56,635 nt of DNA from a virus (Duplodnaviria > Caudoviricetes). A program made the position numbers and the translations under genes. Positions 7,981 to 17,154 of this stretch are shown here, piece by piece (positions within the stretch are counted from its first letter, which is position 1; each line of letters starts with the position of its first letter). The notes under the pieces were generated by a model, which saw only the letters and a list, made by a program, of their open reading frames with translations, was not told the origin of the DNA and did no database searches. The stretch covers positions 1 to 56,635 of IMG/VR virus record IMGVR_UViG_3300034356_000821, one strand, 5' to 3'.

Positions 7981-8418
7981 ATGGCTAAGAACAAGAACAT
8001 CGACGACGACACCCGCGCTCGTGCTCGGAAGTTTGTTGAAGAAAATAATAAAGGTGTTGACAGCGAAGGCTACGATTCACGAGAGTATCGGTCCGATCCT
8101 TATTCAGCAATGACTAAGAAGCAGCGTGATGCTCGTTTTGGCTATCCAGACGACTTCCCCCCTGCTGTTGTTTCAAAAGCTTTTGACGATGCCACTAAGA
8201 GTGTTGCTAAAGACAAACCTCGTGTTGTCAGCAAGAAAGAGTTGGAAGCGTCTGGTCTTAGCTTGCGTGACTTCCTCAACAAAGAGCGCGGCCTCACACG
8301 CCGTGAAGACAAACCTGACAGCAAAGTTGAAGCGGCTAAGAAGCAGTTGAAACTCAACAAAGGTGGCATGGCTAATTGTGGTGCATCTGTACCTGCTGCA
8401 CAGAAAGCTAAGAAGTAA
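7981..8418 (+). CDS. Charged protein with C-terminal LNKGG motif
   Basis: 145 aa; tightly packed; LNKGG at 8353. Confidence 0.8.
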   Translation: MAKNKNIDDDTRARARKFVEENNKGVDSEGYDSREYRSDPYSAMTKKQRDARFGYPDDFPPAVVSKAFDDATKSVAKDKPRVVSKKELEASGLSLRDFLNKERGLTRREDKPDSKVEAAKKQLKLNKGGMANCGASVPAAQKAKK

Positions 8419-8419
8419 T

Positions 8420-8602
8420 ATGGCTACCAAGTCTAAAGTGAACGCTGCTAACAACTACACCAAGCCTGAGTTGCGTAAGAAGATTGTGTCGCAAGTTAAG
8501 TCTGCTGCAACACAGGGCACTGGCGCTGGTGAATGGTCGGCTCGTAAGGCTCAGCTTGTTGCTAAGAAGTATAAGGCCGCTGGCGGTGGCTACAAAGACT
8601 GA
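8420..8602 (+). CDS. DUF5872-like protein, N-terminal half
   Basis: YTKPELR...WSARKAQ...YKAAGGGY. Confidence 0.75.
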   Translation: MATKSKVNAANNYTKPELRKKIVSQVKSAATQGTGAGEWSARKAQLVAKKYKAAGGGYKD

Positions 8603-8603
8603 T

Positions 8604-8837
8604 ATGAAAGCTTCACAGAAATCTCTCAAAGACTGGACAGACCAAGAGTGGACAACTAAGTCTGGAAAGCGTTCCTCTGATACGGGGGAGCGCTATCTAC
8701 CCAAAGCTGCCATCAAGAGTTTGACATCAGCAGAGTATGCTGCCACCACCAAAGCTAAGCGTGAAGGTAAAGCTGAAGGTAAACAATTTGTTGCTCAACC
8801 AAAGAGCATTGCTAAGAAGACGGCTAAGTACCGTTAA
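8604..8837 (+). CDS. DUF5872-like protein, C-terminal half
   Basis: SLKDWTDQEWTTKSG...ERYLPKAA. Confidence 0.75.
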   Translation: MKASQKSLKDWTDQEWTTKSGKRSSDTGERYLPKAAIKSLTSAEYAATTKAKREGKAEGKQFVAQPKSIAKKTAKYR

Positions 8838-8847
8838 AGGAAACATC

Positions 8848-9012
8848 ATGGCTACAAAGAAAGCGTTTAAGCCCTGCGAAGGCTGTCCCACTCCTGCTAA
8901 ATGCAAGGCTGCTGGTAAGTGTATGGCTAAAGAAGGCAAGGGTGGTAAGCCTGTTGTCGCCATCATGATTGGTGTTGGTAAGCCAATGAAGGCTAAGAAG
9001 AAAGCTACATAA
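8848..9012 (+). CDS. Lys-rich mini-protein with CxxCx5Cx5C motif
   Basis: AAGGAAACATC-ATG start; four Cys. Confidence 0.75.
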   Translation: MATKKAFKPCEGCPTPAKCKAAGKCMAKEGKGGKPVVAIMIGVGKPMKAKKKAT

Positions 9013-9524
9013 TGGAACAAAAAGAAATTGATGAAACCCGTGCTAGATTTAGTCTGCAAGGGGGAGCTAATACATTCAAAGACTCTGGTGCTCAAGGCGC
9101 TGGTGGTGGTGGACGTGTTGGAGTATCTAAAGAACTAGACTCTGGTGGTCGAGTATCTGCTGGTGTTAGTGGTATGGCATCGAAGGTTAAGGTTGATACT
9201 CCTGAAGGTGAAAAGACATTTAAGCAAAGCAGGGTCACTGGTGTTGACGCTTCTTATTCCAAAAATGATACCACCTATGGTGTTTCAGCGTCTAGGCAAC
9301 CTATGATGGACGGTAAGATGGATAAGAAACTTAACTTGTCCATTACAAAGTCGTTTGCTAAAGGTGGTGCTGTCACTAAGAAGAAGCAAACCACCAAAGT
9401 TGCTAAAGTGATGGGAGAGTTCAAAGAAGGCTCTCTGCACAGCGGCAAAGGCGGCAAAGTTGTGAAGAGTCCTAAGCAGGCTATAGCAATTGCTTTGTCT
9501 GAAGCTAAGAAGCCTAAGAAGTAA
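9012..9524 (+). CDS. Two-domain protein: beta-strand-rich N-domain, FAKGG, then DUF6496-like domain
   Basis: C-terminal KVMGEFKEGSLHSG...KQAIAIALSEA. Confidence 0.8.
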   Translation: MEQKEIDETRARFSLQGGANTFKDSGAQGAGGGGRVGVSKELDSGGRVSAGVSGMASKVKVDTPEGEKTFKQSRVTGVDASYSKNDTTYGVSASRQPMMDGKMDKKLNLSITKSFAKGGAVTKKKQTTKVAKVMGEFKEGSLHSGKGGKVVKSPKQAIAIALSEAKKPKK

Positions 9525-9874
9525 TGAACAAAGAACCAAAGATTAGAAGCCTTGGTAAGGTGTTGACAGCTAACGTTGCCAACACTATCTATACCTGCCC
9601 ACCCAATTACATTGCTAAGATGGTGTTGTTGTTTATTTCCAACCACGCAGGTAATAACAAGACTGTTCAGGTTCAATGGACTGATGTTAGTGCCAGTGGA
9701 ACCTATCACATTGTTGGTGGATACGTCTTAGCATCTAATGCATATTTAAAGCTTGATGGTAGCTACCTTGTCCTCAATCCCGGTGACACTGTCCTTGTAA
9801 CACCCGAAACTGGTTCAACTATGGATGCCACAATCACCATTGAAGAATATTTTGAACCTACACAAACAACATAA
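9524..9874 (+). CDS. Small beta-rich virion-associated protein
   Basis: TIYTCP...LVLNPGD...IEE pattern. Confidence 0.7.
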   Translation: MNKEPKIRSLGKVLTANVANTIYTCPPNYIAKMVLLFISNHAGNNKTVQVQWTDVSASGTYHIVGGYVLASNAYLKLDGSYLVLNPGDTVLVTPETGSTMDATITIEEYFEPTQTT

Positions 9875-9876
9875 CA

Positions 9877-10251
9877 ATGTCTAAAAAAGAACTAACAGAA
9901 CAACAGAAACGATTCCTTGAGGTGTTGTTTGCTGAAGCCAATGGCAACATCAACCAAGCTATGAAGATGGCGGGGTTCTCTGAAGGCTATAGCCGCAGAC
10001 AACTCACCAACTCATTGAAGGAAGAAATCATTGAAGCTACACAGCTTTACATTGCTATGGCGGCTCCAAAGGCTGCGGTGGCTATGATCAATGCCATTGA
10101 CGATCCTACAGAGCTTGGCCTCAAAGAGAAGATGTCAGCCGCCAAAGACTTGCTTGACCGTGCTGGATTGGTGAAGACCGAGAAGGTGCAAGTAGAGAGC
10201 AACACAGGCGGTGTCATGATATTGCCTGCTAAGGAACGCGAAGAAGAATGA
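9877..10251 (+). CDS. Terminase small subunit (putative)
   Basis: LTEQQKRFL...AMKMAG HTH-like N-terminus; AAKDLLDRAG; position before TerL. Confidence 0.75.
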   Translation: MSKKELTEQQKRFLEVLFAEANGNINQAMKMAGFSEGYSRRQLTNSLKEEIIEATQLYIAMAAPKAAVAMINAIDDPTELGLKEKMSAAKDLLDRAGLVKTEKVQVESNTGGVMILPAKEREEE

Positions 10252-10727
10252 CAACAGATGTTGTTACAACAGACTATGATTTTGGTCTAGGTGTCTTCAT
10301 ACTGCCACAGCCCAAAGATGCTAAAGAGTATGTTAAGATACCACGATTGGGAAGAACTATACCTTTTGGTTATGTAGTTGATGAAGCCGATGATGGCTGG
10401 CTTGTTCCTGTAGCTTTAGAGATAGAGGCGCTGGAGAAAGCTAAGAAGCATCTGAAGCAATACAGCTTGAGGCAGGTATCGGCTTGGCTCACTACTGTGA
10501 CTGGTAGAGAAATAAGTCATGTTGGTTTAATGAAGAGGATTAAGAGTGAACAGTCCCAAAGACGTAAGTCCTCTACTTATCGAGAGCTTGCCGACAGGTA
10601 CGAAAAAGCCCTTAAGAAAGCGCAAGAGTACGAAAAAAGAACAGGCACCGGACAAGACAGCTTCTTCGGTAGTGATCGATTCGTCCAACTTAGCGCCACC
10701 TTCCCCGACAGAAGCGCCGATAGCTGA
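10248..10727 (+). CDS. DNA-binding protein (PFGY recombinase-like/HTH domain)
   Basis: RTIPFGY...YSLRQVSAWL...ISHVGL. Confidence 0.7.
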   Translation: MTTDVVTTDYDFGLGVFILPQPKDAKEYVKIPRLGRTIPFGYVVDEADDGWLVPVALEIEALEKAKKHLKQYSLRQVSAWLTTVTGREISHVGLMKRIKSEQSQRRKSSTYRELADRYEKALKKAQEYEKRTGTGQDSFFGSDRFVQLSATFPDRSADS

Positions 10728-12132
10728 ACCTGTTGAGTATGAGAACATCATATTCAAACCCAACCCCGGTCCTCAGACATCCTTCCTAGCTGCTCCAGAG
10801 CGTGAAGTGTTGTATGGTGGTGCAGCAGGTGGTGGTAAGAGCTATGCCATTCTTGCTGACCCTCTGCGCTACATGGCTCATCCTCAATTTTCTGGTTTGA
10901 TTCTTCGACACACCACAGAAGAACTACGTGAACTCATTTGGAAATCGCAAGAGTTGTATCCAAAGATATATCCCGGCATCAAGTGGAGTGAGCGTAAGAT
11001 GCAATGGCAGCACCCAAGTGGTGGCAAGCTGTGGATGTCCTACCTTGACCGTGACGAAGATGTTATGCGTTATCAGGGTTTGTCGTTCTCATACATCGCT
11101 TGGGACGAGTTGACACAGTGGCCTACACCGTTTGCCTACAACTACATGCGTTCTCGTCTGCGTACAGCAGCACCTGATCTGCCTGTGTTCATGAGAGCTA
11201 CCACCAACCCCGGTGGTCCCGGCCATCAATGGGTCAGGAAGATGTTTATTGTCCCTTCACCGCCCGGTAAGAGCTTCTATGCTACCGATATTGAGACAGG
11301 ACAGACGCTAATCTATCCTAAAGGACACAGCAAAGAAGGCTTGCCTCTGTTCAAACGCAAGTTTATATCGGCTAGGTTGGCAGACAATCCCTATTTGGCT
11401 GAGTCTGGTGACTATGAAACCATGTTGTTGTCTCTACCAGAGCACCAACGTAAGCAATTGCTTGAGGGAAACTGGGATGTTGCTGAAGGTGCAGCGTTTT
11501 CGGAGTTCAATAGGGCTATTCACGTAGTAGACCCGTTCACTATTCCATCAAGTTGGCCCCGTTTTAGGTCTGCTGACTACGGATATGGTAGCTATAGCGC
11601 TGTATTGTGGTTTGCTGTAGCACCAGATGACAGCGTGGTGGTCTATAGAGAGCTTTATGTCAGCAAAGTGCTGGCAGAAGACCTTGCTATGATGATATTG
11701 AACGCAGAAGACGGTGAAAAAATACGTTATGGTGTGTTGGATAGCTCATGTTGGCACAAACGTGGTGACACTGGACCCTCTATTGCTGAAAGAATGATCA
11801 TGAAGGGGTGTAGATGGCGACCCGCTGATCGTTCTGCTGGTAGTAGGGTGGCTGGTAAGAACGAAATACACCGCCGTCTACAGGTTGATCAATATACTGA
11901 AGAGCCTCGCATGGTGTTCTTCAATACATGTACACAAATCATTGCAGACTTACCAACTTTACCAATTGATAAGACAAACAACGAAGACATTAACACCAAA
12001 GTAAGCAATGATCACACATATGATGCGTTGCGTTATGGTGTAATGAGCCGTCCACGTAGTGGATTGTTTGATTTTGATCCTGCTTCACAATCATCGGGAA
12101 TGAAGATAGCAGACCCTGTGTTTGGATATTGA
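10546..12132 (+). CDS. Terminase large subunit
   Basis: Walker A GGAAGGGKS, Walker B WDE, ATTNPGG, RNase H-like DYG and DHTYDALRY; GTG start with GAGGA RBS. Confidence 0.95.
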   Translation: MNSPKDVSPLLIESLPTGTKKPLRKRKSTKKEQAPDKTASSVVIDSSNLAPPSPTEAPIAEPVEYENIIFKPNPGPQTSFLAAPEREVLYGGAAGGGKSYAILADPLRYMAHPQFSGLILRHTTEELRELIWKSQELYPKIYPGIKWSERKMQWQHPSGGKLWMSYLDRDEDVMRYQGLSFSYIAWDELTQWPTPFAYNYMRSRLRTAAPDLPVFMRATTNPGGPGHQWVRKMFIVPSPPGKSFYATDIETGQTLIYPKGHSKEGLPLFKRKFISARLADNPYLAESGDYETMLLSLPEHQRKQLLEGNWDVAEGAAFSEFNRAIHVVDPFTIPSSWPRFRSADYGYGSYSAVLWFAVAPDDSVVVYRELYVSKVLAEDLAMMILNAEDGEKIRYGVLDSSCWHKRGDTGPSIAERMIMKGCRWRPADRSAGSRVAGKNEIHRRLQVDQYTEEPRMVFFNTCTQIIADLPTLPIDKTNNEDINTKVSNDHTYDALRYGVMSRPRSGLFDFDPASQSSGMKIADPVFGY

Positions 12133-12189
12133 AACATTTACTACTAAGAGGTTCAATGTTATACCTCTGCAACATCTTTACGGAAAACT

Positions 12190-14274
12190 ATGGCACTAAT
12201 TGACAAACCACAAAGCGACAAGAATATTGTCTTGGACGATTCCTCAAAAACTGAAGATACCTTCAAGGCTGGTGGTCTAATCGCCTTCGTTAATCAACGA
12301 TATACTCGTTCTGAAGAAAGTCGTCGAACTGATGAGACACGTTGGCTTCGTGCTTACCGCAACTATCGTGGCCTCTACGGTCCCGATATGCAATTCACAG
12401 CAACAGAGAAGTCGCGTGTGTTTGTGAAGGTGACAAAGACTAAAGTGTTAGCTGCATATGGGCAAATCATTGATGTGTTGTTTTCTAACAACAAATTTCC
12501 ATTGAGCATTGACCCGTCTGTGTTGCCTGAAGGTGTGTTGGATTCTGTTCACTTTGATCCAAAAGCTCCAGAGTCTGCACCAACCATTCCTTTCGGTGAA
12601 GAAGGTGGCGCTAATATCGGTAAAGACTTTGACCTCGACAATCTTGAAGAGATGTTGGGTGCGTTGAAGAATGACTTGAAAGATGTTCCCGGTTTGAAAA
12701 AAGGGCCGGGACAAACACCTACTTCTATAACATTTAGTCCTGCTATGGTGGCAGCTAAGAAGATGGAGAAGAAGATTCATGATCAGCTTGATGAAAGCAA
12801 TATGAATAAACATCTCCGCGCTACAAGCTTTGAAATGTCATTGTTTGGTACAGGTGTAATGAAGGGTCCATTCGCTGTCAATAAAGAATATCCAAACTGG
12901 AAAGAAGACGGTGTATATTCTCCCGTTATTAAAACAGTACCAGAAGGTTCTCACGTTTCTATCTGGAACTTCTATTGGGACCCTGATGCAAATAACACAG
13001 ACGAATGCCAATATGTTATTGAGCGACACAAGATGTCACGTACTCAACTTCGTCAACTGAAGAACCGTCCTTATTTCCGTAAGAACGTTATCGACGACAT
13101 CATTGCTGGTGGCGAAGGATACTCGAAAAAGTATTGGGAAGATACCATCAAAGATTATTCTTTAAATTATGGTGTTGATCGTTTTGAAGTGCTTGAGTAT
13201 TGGGGTAATGTTGATGTTGATATGCTCATTGAAAATGAAGTTGATATTCCTAAAGAGTTAGAAGATGTGGGTGAGTTGCAAGCAAATATCTGGTATTGCA
13301 ACGGTAAGATTCTTCGTTTAGTTTTGAATCCTTTTAAGCCTTCAAACATTCCATACTATGCCGTACCTTATGAACTCAATCCATATAGTCTTGCTGGTAT
13401 TGGTGTTGCAGAAAACATGGATGATACACAGACGCTGATGAATGGTTTCATGCGTATGGCTGTTGATAATGCTGTGTTGTCTGGTAACTTGGTGTTTGAG
13501 ATTGATGAAACCAACCTTGTACCCGGTCAAGACATGAGTGTATATCCCGGCAAAGTGTTTCGTCGTCAAGGTGGCGCTCCCGGTCAAAGCTTGTTTGGTA
13601 CAAAGTTTCCTAACGTATCGCAGGAAAACCTTCAGTTGTTCGACAAGGCTCGTCAGCTTTCCGATGAATCAACAGGTATGCCCTCGTTTGCTCACGGTCA
13701 AACTGGTGTGAGTGGTGTTGGTCGTACAGCTTCTGGTATTTCGATGTTGATGAATGCTGCCAGCGGTTCAATTAAGACTGTTATCAAAAACGTTGATGAC
13801 TACTTGCTGGCACCACTCGGTAAATCTTTCTTCAGCTTTAACATGCAATTTGATTTCGATCCAGAAATCAGAGGCGACTTGGAAGTTAATGCTCGTGGCA
13901 CAGAATCGTTGATGGCTAATGAAGTGCGTAGTCAACGCCTTATGCAGTTCTTGCAGATTGTTAGCAATCCTGCTCTTATGCCATTCGCTAAGATGCCCTA
14001 CATCATCCGTGAGATTGCTAAGTCAATGAACCTTGACGAAGACAAAGTTACAAACAATATGGATGAGGCTGCTCGTCAGGCAGCGTTGATGGCACCGCCT
14101 GCTGCACCCGCTGGCGCTCCAGCCGCTGGTGCTCCACCTATACCGGGTGCTGGCGGTCCTCCCGGTGTTGCAGACATGACAGGCGGTGGTGGTGGCAACA
14201 TCGGTATTGGTGCTGCCCCTGTACCGGGTGAGCAAGGCTTTAGCGCTGCACCTCCACAGATGCCGGGGATGTAA
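12190..14274 (+). CDS. Portal protein
   Basis: 694 aa after TerL; GTGVMKGP, GIGVAE, RTASGISML motifs; Pro/Gly tail. Confidence 0.92.
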   Translation: MALIDKPQSDKNIVLDDSSKTEDTFKAGGLIAFVNQRYTRSEESRRTDETRWLRAYRNYRGLYGPDMQFTATEKSRVFVKVTKTKVLAAYGQIIDVLFSNNKFPLSIDPSVLPEGVLDSVHFDPKAPESAPTIPFGEEGGANIGKDFDLDNLEEMLGALKNDLKDVPGLKKGPGQTPTSITFSPAMVAAKKMEKKIHDQLDESNMNKHLRATSFEMSLFGTGVMKGPFAVNKEYPNWKEDGVYSPVIKTVPEGSHVSIWNFYWDPDANNTDECQYVIERHKMSRTQLRQLKNRPYFRKNVIDDIIAGGEGYSKKYWEDTIKDYSLNYGVDRFEVLEYWGNVDVDMLIENEVDIPKELEDVGELQANIWYCNGKILRLVLNPFKPSNIPYYAVPYELNPYSLAGIGVAENMDDTQTLMNGFMRMAVDNAVLSGNLVFEIDETNLVPGQDMSVYPGKVFRRQGGAPGQSLFGTKFPNVSQENLQLFDKARQLSDESTGMPSFAHGQTGVSGVGRTASGISMLMNAASGSIKTVIKNVDDYLLAPLGKSFFSFNMQFDFDPEIRGDLEVNARGTESLMANEVRSQRLMQFLQIVSNPALMPFAKMPYIIREIAKSMNLDEDKVTNNMDEAARQAALMAPPAAPAGAPAAGAPPIPGAGGPPGVADMTGGGGGNIGIGAAPVPGEQGFSAAPPQMPGM

Positions 14275-14486
14275 TGATGGATAAGCCGTTTCTGCCAAAG
14301 CTTAAAGGTATGTTGAACAGTCCTCATTTGTGGGAAGCCTTTGTTGAGAAGCTTGATTATGATATTGAGCAACACCAACGCAAGCTGGAACAAACGACTG
14401 AGATGTCTGACGTGTTTAAAGCACAAGGTGCAATAGTTGCACTACGTCAGCTAAAGTATTTGAAGGAAGAAATCAATGCTAAATGA
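14274..14486 (+). CDS. Small portal-adjacent protein
   Basis: FKAQGAIVALRQL motif; overlapping starts and stops. Confidence 0.75.
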   Translation: MMDKPFLPKLKGMLNSPHLWEAFVEKLDYDIEQHQRKLEQTTEMSDVFKAQGAIVALRQLKYLKEEINAK

Positions 14487-15873
14487 AATGTATAAACTGT
14501 TTGCCGAGGGCGGTGTCATGCAAGAGGGTGGCACAGTCGATCCAGTTTCTGGTAACGATGTACCTCCCGGTGCTATGGCAGAAGAAGTTAGGGACGACAT
14601 TGACGCTAAACTTAGCGAAGGTGAGTTTGTCATTCCAGCCGATGTGGTGAGATACATTGGTTTGGAAAAGCTGATGATGATGCGTGACAAAGCTAAGGCT
14701 GGTCTTAAGCGTATGAACGATATTGGTCAGATGGGTAATGCTGAAGAAGTTCCTGATGCTGAAGCCCTGCATAGCGGTGGAGATGAAATGGATGATGAAT
14801 CTTTCTCGTCAGAGATTGATTCCATTATGGGTGAGGATGGGGGTCAAGAATATGCAGCAGGCGGTGATGTACGTAAGTATGCGCCGGGTGGTTATATTGG
14901 TGGCACTGCAAATCAAGAACTTTATAAAGATGCACCAATCCGTGGCTTTGAAATGGTAGAGATGGTGAATAAGGATGGTCAAGTCATTTACATCCCGTTC
15001 ATTAATGGCAGACCTCAGTTATCTATCCCTCAAGGATATACAGTTAAGTCGTCTGATATAACAACTACCACACCAACTACTCCTGCAACTGGTACAGGCA
15101 CAACCACTCCACAACCTACTGATGGTGGCGGCGCTGATGCTGGTGCTCCCGCTGCACCATCGTCACCGGGCTTTACTATTGGAGAAGACGGGGTTGCTAC
15201 TGCAAATACAACAAGCACCACTATTGGTTCTGTACTAGGTGCAGTTGTTGGTATGGTTACAGGATTATCTCCTGCCATGACATCACAGATTGGTAAGTCA
15301 GCGGTCAACCAATCAAACATTGCAAACACCCAAGCTGCGTTGTCTTTCAACACTGCTGTTGCTGATAACATGGCAATGGACAATTCACCAGCCGCTACCG
15401 CTGGTCCTACTGGTACAGGTGCGGCAGCAGCCTCTGCTGGTTCCGCTGCTGCCGCTGCTGCTACCGCTGTTGGTCATTCACCCGAAGCAGTTGCTGCTGC
15501 TGCACAGGCTGCTGCTACTGCTACAGTTGGTGGCGCTGGTCCCGCTGCTGCTGCCGCTGCTGCTGCCGATGCCGCTAACGCTGTCGCTGCCGATGCAGCC
15601 GATGCTGAAGGTGGTGGTCTTGGTACTGGTATCGGTATAGGTAGTGGTGGTACTGCCGCTGCTGATGGTGTAGGTGCTGATGGTATGGGTGTCGGTGCTG
15701 GTGTAGGTGGTGTAGGTGGTGAATCAGGTGTCAGCGCCGCTGGTGAAGCTGCTGGTGGCGCACCGTCAGGTGGTGGTGCTGACGGTGATGGTACTTATGC
15801 CAAAGGCGGCTTTGTATCCAAGAAGAAAACTACAACACCTAAATCAACATCGCTAGTATCTCGTCGTAAGTAA
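14476..15873 (+). CDS. LSEGEFV-domain protein with five tag motifs and an Ala/Gly-rich tail; candidate maturation or cargo factor
   Basis: DDIDAKLSEGEFVIPADVVRYIG; FAEGG, MQEGG, YAAGG, YAPGG, YAKGG. Confidence 0.8.
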   Translation: MLNEMYKLFAEGGVMQEGGTVDPVSGNDVPPGAMAEEVRDDIDAKLSEGEFVIPADVVRYIGLEKLMMMRDKAKAGLKRMNDIGQMGNAEEVPDAEALHSGGDEMDDESFSSEIDSIMGEDGGQEYAAGGDVRKYAPGGYIGGTANQELYKDAPIRGFEMVEMVNKDGQVIYIPFINGRPQLSIPQGYTVKSSDITTTTPTTPATGTGTTTPQPTDGGGADAGAPAAPSSPGFTIGEDGVATANTTSTTIGSVLGAVVGMVTGLSPAMTSQIGKSAVNQSNIANTQAALSFNTAVADNMAMDNSPAATAGPTGTGAAAASAGSAAAAAATAVGHSPEAVAAAAQAAATATVGGAGPAAAAAAAADAANAVAADAADAEGGGLGTGIGIGSGGTAAADGVGADGMGVGAGVGGVGGESGVSAAGEAAGGAPSGGGADGDGTYAKGGFVSKKKTTTPKSTSLVSRRK

Positions 15874-15886
15874 GCTATAATATAAA

Positions 15887-15981
15887 TGCTAAAGTCTGTG
15901 GTGGGCAGACTAGCACTTAATAACACCCACCATCATTGGCTACCTGACTCCCCGATATTATCGGCTACAGCGCGGCCCCAA
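15887..15981 (+). promoter_or_regulatory. Structured leader of the scaffold gene (pseudoknot plus double internal-loop stem)
   Basis: Pairings found by inspection; TATAAT at 15876. Confidence 0.65.
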
Positions 15982-15995
15982 CTTAAAAGGTATTT

Positions 15996-16859
15996 ATGAC
16001 TGAAATGGTAATGGAACAGAAAGCTGTTGTTGTCCCCTTTGGTAAACGCAACGCCAACCGTGAACGCATCGAACAAGAAGAAGCTGAACTTAAACAACTA
16101 AGCGAAGAAAATGTTAACGGAAAGCGCAACTCTGAAGAAAATAACGAAGACGATAGCAACTTGAGCGCTGAAGAGAAAAGCTTCAAGAAACGTTATGGTG
16201 ATCTTCGTCGCCATTCACAACAGCAATCTTTGGCTTTGCAGAAACAAATTGATGAACTGCGTAGTCAACTTACTCAGTCTACCGAGAAACAAATTAAGCT
16301 GCCAACGAATGAAGAAGACTTGGCTAAGTGGGCAGCAACATACCCTGATGTGGCAAAGATTGTAGAGACAATTGCCATTAAGAAAGCTAAAGAGCAAACT
16401 GCTTCAATGGAGCAACGCTTTGCGGCATTGGACGAACAAGAGAAACTAACAGCACGAGAAAAGGCTGAACTTGAACTTACAAGAATTCATCCAGACTTCG
16501 ACACCATCCGAGACACCGATGACTTCCATACTTGGGCAGATGAACAACCAGCTTGGGTACAACAAGCTTTGTATGAGAATGATACAGATGCTCGTTCTGC
16601 TGCTCGTGCCATTGATCTGTATAAGAGTGATCGCAACATTAGTAAGGCGAAATCGGAGAAGAAAACTTCTGGTGCAGCAGAGAGTATCAACACTCGCGGT
16701 AGCCGATCTGCTCCGTCCGGTGTAGACACTGATGGTCTAATCTACGAATCGCAAGTGAACAAAATGAGTTCTTTGCAGTACGAAAAGAACGTTGAAGCTA
16801 TTCAGAAGGCTATGCAGACTGGTAAGTTTGTGTACGATATGAGTGGCAATGCACGATAA
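15996..16859 (+). CDS. Capsid scaffolding protein
   Basis: Acidic coiled coil; FKKRYGDLRRH, HPDF motifs; precedes the capsid gene. Confidence 0.88.
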   Translation: MTEMVMEQKAVVVPFGKRNANRERIEQEEAELKQLSEENVNGKRNSEENNEDDSNLSAEEKSFKKRYGDLRRHSQQQSLALQKQIDELRSQLTQSTEKQIKLPTNEEDLAKWAATYPDVAKIVETIAIKKAKEQTASMEQRFAALDEQEKLTAREKAELELTRIHPDFDTIRDTDDFHTWADEQPAWVQQALYENDTDARSAARAIDLYKSDRNISKAKSEKKTSGAAESINTRGSRSAPSGVDTDGLIYESQVNKMSSLQYEKNVEAIQKAMQTGKFVYDMSGNAR

Positions 16860-16862
16860 CAG

Positions 16863-16892
16863 TTGACAAGTTTTGAAAAATCATAGTATAAC
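16863..16892 (+). promoter_or_regulatory. sigma70 promoter TTGACA-N18-TATAAC for the capsid gene
   Basis: Near-consensus hexamers. Confidence 0.75.
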
Positions 16893-16928
16893 TATGACAT
16901 GGTGGTGGAATGCCACCGACACTACATC

Positions 16929-17100
16929 ACTGCCGCTGCTTGCAACAGCCACCAGTCATTAGTACTTTTAGTAAAGACACTTGTTGTGTCAATCTGTAAC
17001 GCAAAACAATGAACTGTCAGAAATACCTGAAGTTTTGTTAGCCCGTTATTTTCCGTTGGGCACTTCGGAATAATAATGTACCTAGCGAAGTCAGCCTCTG
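16929..17100 (+). promoter_or_regulatory. Structured leader of the capsid gene with CC/YAC internal loops
   Basis: Same architecture as the scaffold leader. Confidence 0.6.
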
Positions 17101-17154
17101 TAGTAGTGTTAGCGTATTTAATTATATGCCAATATATCTATAGGAGATTTTAAT

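Noticed and set aside
8420-8837. Programmed frameshift fusing the two DUF5872-like halves
   Set aside because: No slippery site or stimulatory structure seen; stop-N-ATG spacing is the usual gene junction in this region
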